NCBI GenBank assembly: GCA_965263185.1
Contig: OZ253588.1
Location: forward strand, 1,863,369 to 1,927,368
Reading direction: 5' to 3'
DNA: 64,000 nt
Source: Dehalococcoidia bacterium
GTDB taxonomy: Bacteria > Chloroflexota > Dehalococcoidia > Lucifugimonadales > UBA2985
Shown here: positions 60,373-64,000 of the stretch, piece by piece
Numbering within the stretch: position 1 is the stretch's first letter
Layout of the letters: the number at the start of each line of letters is the position of its first letter
Notes under the pieces: generated by a model
What the model was told of the DNA's origin: nothing
What the model saw: only the letters and a program-made list of their open reading frames with translations
The model's database searches: none
Made by a program: the position numbers and the translations under genes

Positions 60373-61521
60373 TCAGCCGGTCAGGTAGTCCGCCCAAAGC
60401 TGCATCAGAGAGCGGCGCCGCTCAAACAGGTCGGACCTGGCGTAGGCCTGTTCCGTTGAATTCCCCAGGATATGGGCAAGGGCCGACTCCGACACAGCCC
60501 AGGGGGTATCCGTCTGCTCCAGCGTCCAGTTCTTGAAGCTGCTACGGAACCCGTGGACGGTGGCGCTCTCCGCCAGGCCCGTTGAACGGAGGACCTTAGT
60601 GAGCGTCATGTCAGACATCGGCGAACCCGGCCTCAGGGGTGAGGGGAACACCAGACCCGACTCATCGCGCAGCGCCGATGCCTTGCAAAGCACATCAAGG
60701 GCCTGTCCGCTCAGGGGTACCCGGTGCTCCACGCCCGCCTTCATACGCTGGGGCGGTATCCTCCATACCTGCCCCGGGATGTCGATCTCGTCCCAGACAG
60801 CGCCCCTGGCTTCACCGGAACGCGCCGCCGTCAAGACCAGAAATCGAAAGCACAACTTGGCCGGCATGGAGGCTTGGGACGCATCCACAGTCTTGAGCGC
60901 CTCTCCCACCTCCGGGTAGGGCAGGGCTCTGAGATGGGCCTTCACCTTCGGCATAGGGGGCAAGGCGCCGTCAATGGCCTCCCCCGCCGGGTTGGTCTCC
61001 ATGAAGCCGTGCGCCATCGCCCATCGGAATATGGTCCGCATCCGTTGACGCACCCTCCGGGCCGTCTCCGGCCGGGTCGTCCATACCGGCGTGAGGACTT
61101 GCAGCACTTCGGTCCGGTCTATGCGGTCGAGAGGTGTGTTGCCCAGCGCCGGCATGGCGTGTCGCTCCAGGGTCTGCGTCCAGCTTGCGCTGTGCTTCCC
61201 GTTGCGCCAGCGCGGTCTATTCGCCTCATGGACGGCATGTGCAGCATCCCTGAATGACGGCATAGCAGGCCTGCGTTTGTCCGCCAGGGGGTCGCGACCG
61301 CCCGCAACGGCCGCTCGATAGTCCGCCGCCTTCTCGCGGGCTTGAGCCAGGCTCACCGACGGGAAGCCGCCCAGGCCGATATCCCGCCGGTGTCCGTCGA
61401 TGGTGATGCGCTGCACCCAGGACTTCCGACCGGCCTTGCTGATGAATAGGTGCAGTCCCCCGCCGTCCGAGAATCGCCCGGGGTCCTTGAGGGCCTTAAC
61501 CCGCGTCGCCGATAGTGGCAT
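60373..61521 (-). CDS. int: P4-like tyrosine integrase
   Basis: Arm-binding N-terminus; TAARSGE, HGFRSSF, LAH, AYARSD catalytic motifs; next to the tRNA. Confidence 0.95.
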   Translation of the reverse strand: MPLSATRVKALKDPGRFSDGGGLHLFISKAGRKSWVQRITIDGHRRDIGLGGFPSVSLAQAREKAADYRAAVAGGRDPLADKRRPAMPSFRDAAHAVHEANRPRWRNGKHSASWTQTLERHAMPALGNTPLDRIDRTEVLQVLTPVWTTRPETARRVRQRMRTIFRWAMAHGFMETNPAGEAIDGALPPMPKVKAHLRALPYPEVGEALKTVDASQASMPAKLCFRFLVLTAARSGEARGAVWDEIDIPGQVWRIPPQRMKAGVEHRVPLSGQALDVLCKASALRDESGLVFPSPLRPGSPMSDMTLTKVLRSTGLAESATVHGFRSSFKNWTLEQTDTPWAVSESALAHILGNSTEQAYARSDLFERRRSLMQLWADYLTG

Positions 61522-61544
61522 CGTCGCACCTCAGTCACGATATG

Positions 61545-61564
61545 TTACCACATATATTACCACA
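61545..61564 (+). promoter_or_regulatory. Putative integrase arm-type sites (attL side)
   Basis: TTACCACA x2 with 12-bp period. Confidence 0.6.
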
Positions 61565-61677
61565 CTTGTGGCGGGATAGTGAGGGAACAGGATGGCATGA
61601 TGGGGTACTGATCAGGGATTGAACAGCTACGAACAGGGGCGTTCTGGGACAACATAGGACAAGAGAGGAATGATAAG

Positions 61678-61753
61678 TGGTGGAGATAGGGGGACTCGAA
61701 CCCCCAACCTCGGCGATGCGAACGCCGCGCTCTCCCAGTTGAGCTATATCCCC
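61678..61753 (-). tRNA. tRNA-Ala (CGC)
   Basis: GGGGATATAGCTCAACTGGGAGAGCGCGGCGTTCGCATCGCCGAGGTTGGGGGTTCGAGTCCCCCTATCTCCACCA; cloverleaf, G3:U70, encoded CCA. Confidence 0.97.
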
Positions 61754-61784
61754 ACTCCGGCGCATGGCGGCCCTTGCAGCTTGG

Positions 61785-61813
61785 ATTGTAACGCCGGCCT
61801 TACCGGTCGTCAA
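61785..61813 (-). promoter_or_regulatory. Sigma70-like promoter of tRNA-Ala
   Basis: TTGACG-N17-TACAAT on the minus strand. Confidence 0.7.
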
Positions 61814-61907
61814 TTGCGGCGGGCCGCCCGCGTAGGCTGGACAACCTGCTACCGTTATTACTATCATATCGCACAAGGCAATTGCAAAGCGACAGGAGCG
61901 GCAAGCC

Positions 61908-63341
61908 GTGAACTTTGACGAATACAACCTGGACCCGTCCATATACGATGAGATGTTCCTGCCGGACGGCTCGCCCAGAGACCACTTCCGGGAGCTTCAC
62001 CGGGTCCTGACAGACCTCTCGGCAGAGGAGATTGGCAGCATCCAGGAGCGGGTCAACCTCTCCTTCTCCAACGAGAGCATCTCCTTCACCGTCTACGGTG
62101 ACGACCAGGAGGAGGAGCGGATCATCCCCGTCGACTGCCTGCCGCGCCTGTTGTCCGCGGCGGAGTGGCGGACACTGGAGAGCGGCCTGGCCCAACGCCT
62201 GAAAACCCTGAACCTCTTTCTGGACGACGTCTACAATGCGGGCCATATCATCGCCGACGGGGTTGTGCCGGAGGATATGGTCAGAGGATGCCCCCAGTAC
62301 CGGGAGGAGATGCGCGGCTTCTCGCCGCTCCACGGCGCGTGGGCCGTCATATGCGGCACGGACGTGGTGCGCACCAACCAGGGGTTCCGCGTCCTTGAGG
62401 ACAACCTGCGCGTCCCATCCGGCGTATCCTATATGATCGCCAACCGGAGGGCGGTGAAGGCCAGCCTGAGACGGCTCTATCGGAGCTCCCGCGTCCGGGA
62501 GGTGGAGCAGTACGGCAGTATGCTGCTCACAACCCTGAGAGAGCTGGCCCCCAACGGCAAGCAGGCCCCGACCATCGCCCTGCTGACGCCCGGCGTATAT
62601 AACTCGGCGTTCTACGAGCACATGTTCCTGGCACGCGAGCTGGGCGCGGAGCTTGTAGAGGGCCGCGATCTGCTGGTGGAAGACGGCTTTGTGTACATGC
62701 GAACCACCACCGGCCTTCGCCGCGTGGACGTGATTTACCGCCGCGTGGACGATGACTTCATCGACCCACTGGCCTTCCGGCCAGACTCCCAACTGGGAGC
62801 GCCAGGCCTCCTCAACGCCTGCCGGCTCGGCAACGTGGCCCTGGCCAACGCCCCAGGCACCGGCGTTGCCGACGATAAGAGCGTGTATGCCTACGTGCCG
62901 GATATGACGCGCTACTACCTGGGCGAGGAGCCCATTCTGGAGAACGTGGAGACCTACCTGTGCCGGAGACCCAGGGACCTTGAGTATACCCTGGATAACA
63001 TGCATGACCTGGTGGTGAAACGCGTTGGCGAGTCCGGAGGCTACGGCATGATAATCGGCCCCCACTCGACGCCCAAAGAGCGAGAGGAGTATGCCGCGCA
63101 GCTGCGCGCCAACCCCGCCGACTTCGTATCGCAGCCGGTGCTGGCCCTCTCCCGCGCGCCCTGCCTTGTGGACGGCCGGTTTGAGCCGCGCCACGTTGAC
63201 CTGCGCCCGTTCGTGCTCCAGGGCGGGGAGACGCGCATAGTGCCCGGCGCTTTTTGCAGGGTGGCCCTGCGCAGGGGCAGCCTGGTTGTGAACTCAAGCC
63301 AGGGCGGCGGCGGCAAGGACTGCTGGGTCCTCTCGGACTGA
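61908..63341 (+). CDS. Circularly permuted ATP-grasp type 2 protein
   Basis: YDEMF..G.PR, VLEDNLRVPSGVSY, DVIYRRVDDDFIDP, PRHVDLRPF, VVNSSQGGGGKDCWV. Confidence 0.92.
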   Translation: MNFDEYNLDPSIYDEMFLPDGSPRDHFRELHRVLTDLSAEEIGSIQERVNLSFSNESISFTVYGDDQEEERIIPVDCLPRLLSAAEWRTLESGLAQRLKTLNLFLDDVYNAGHIIADGVVPEDMVRGCPQYREEMRGFSPLHGAWAVICGTDVVRTNQGFRVLEDNLRVPSGVSYMIANRRAVKASLRRLYRSSRVREVEQYGSMLLTTLRELAPNGKQAPTIALLTPGVYNSAFYEHMFLARELGAELVEGRDLLVEDGFVYMRTTTGLRRVDVIYRRVDDDFIDPLAFRPDSQLGAPGLLNACRLGNVALANAPGTGVADDKSVYAYVPDMTRYYLGEEPILENVETYLCRRPRDLEYTLDNMHDLVVKRVGESGGYGMIIGPHSTPKEREEYAAQLRANPADFVSQPVLALSRAPCLVDGRFEPRHVDLRPFVLQGGETRIVPGAFCRVALRRGSLVVNSSQGGGGKDCWVLSD

Positions 63342-63542
63342 TGAACGTCCCAGGCTCCGACCTGCCGCGCCCCGCCGTTCCCCTCACGCCCTTCGACATT
63401 CTCAGAGCCTGCCCCGTACTTGATACGGGGACGAACGGGACGAGGGGCCCGCTCATGGCGCTCACTTGCCAGTTCGTCGCGAACATGTCGAACCATATGA
63501 GCGGGCATGACGACGATGGGGTGTGATACAATAGGGCGCGAT

Positions 63543-64000
63543 ATGCTTACCAAGCGAATCATCCCGTGCCTGGACGTGGCCGGCGGCCGTGTGATCAAGG
63601 GCGTCAAGTTTGTGAGCCATCGGGACGCGGGCGACCCGGTGGAGCTGGCGGCCTTCTACGACGCGGAGGGCGCAGACGAGATGGTGTTCTACGACATCAC
63701 GGCCTCGGCGCAGGGCAGAAACATCATGCTGGAGGTGGTGTCCAGAACTGCGGAGCAGCTCTTCATCCCGCTTACGGTCGGGGGCGGACTGCGCAGTGTG
63801 GAGGACATGAGCGCCATGCTCAACGCTGGCGCCGATAAGGTCTCCATCAATACGGCGGCAGTCCAGGACCCGGACCTGATCCGCCAGGGAGCCGAGGCGT
63901 TCGGCAATCAGTGCATTGTGCTGGGTATGGACGTCAAACGAGCAGGGGACAGCGCCACACCCAGATGGCAGGTGTATACCCATACGGGGAGCGGCGGCGG
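63543..64000 (+). CDS. hisF: Imidazole glycerol phosphate synthase cyclase subunit (3'-truncated)
   Basis: [52 protein letters not shown]. Confidence 0.95.
   Translation, partial: MLTKRIIPCLDVAGGRVIKGVKFVSHRDAGDPVELAAFYDAEGADEMVFYDITASAQGRNIMLEVVSRTAEQLFIPLTVGGGLRSVEDMSAMLNAGADKVSINTAAVQDPDLIRQGAEAFGNQCIVLGMDVKRAGDSATPRWQVYTHTGSGG

Larger units (their letters stand above)
4498..61694 (-). mobile_element. ~57 kb genomic island integrated in tRNA-Ala by a P4-like tyrosine integrase
   Basis: Flanking att direct repeats, integrase adjacent to the tRNA, alpA, defence and IS cargo, core genes outside. Confidence 0.88.

Noticed and set aside
61800-63194. 464-aa minus-strand ORF and similar long antisense ORFs over IS1380, IS3 and LRR genes
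   Set aside because: Shadow frames of GC-rich genes with no recognisable motifs.
1-64000. Reverse transcriptase systems (retron, DGR, group II intron), cas genes, integron integrase
   Set aside because: No RT (YxDD), Cas or IntI motifs seen in any translated ORF.

Overview
GC-rich bacterial chromosome segment. The gene repertoire (plant-type LRR lipoproteins, Calx-beta/PPC secreted proteins, DUF5679) suggests a Chloroflexota/Dehalococcoidia-like, possibly sponge-associated organism; this is inference only. Core genes sit at both ends: a proVWX-type osmolyte ABC transporter (1-4099), and tRNA-Ala(CGC), a circularly permuted ATP-grasp gene and hisF (61678-64000). Between them is a ~57 kb island integrated at the tRNA-Ala 3' end. 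It is bounded by 19-23 bp direct repeats at 4498 and 61676, carries a P4-like tyrosine integrase and alpA, and is stacked on the remnant of an older related island. Cargo includes a DUF499/DUF1156/SNF2 restriction-like defence operon with inserted RES, DUF6602 and DUF433-DUF5615 modules, LRR lipoproteins, secreted proteins, a two-component system, ArsR-MFS, a chimeric protease and a DUF1524 nuclease. The island also holds many IS elements: three IS3 types called here IS3-A/B/C, five IS1380 copies, one IS110 and a MITE dimer. Best hidden signals: (1) an IS110 whose left non-coding end reads as a bridge RNA, with guides matching its own junctions and its target, the terminal repeat of IS3-B; (2) repeated serine-recombinase-type att half-sites joined at the same CC dinucleotide in the IS3-B leader; (3) a solitary type I-E CRISPR repeat with no cas genes in the window; (4) a thrice-repeated uncharacterised module of a small ORF, a (TG)n tract and an AT-rich tract; (5) mosaic 72-nt LRR units.
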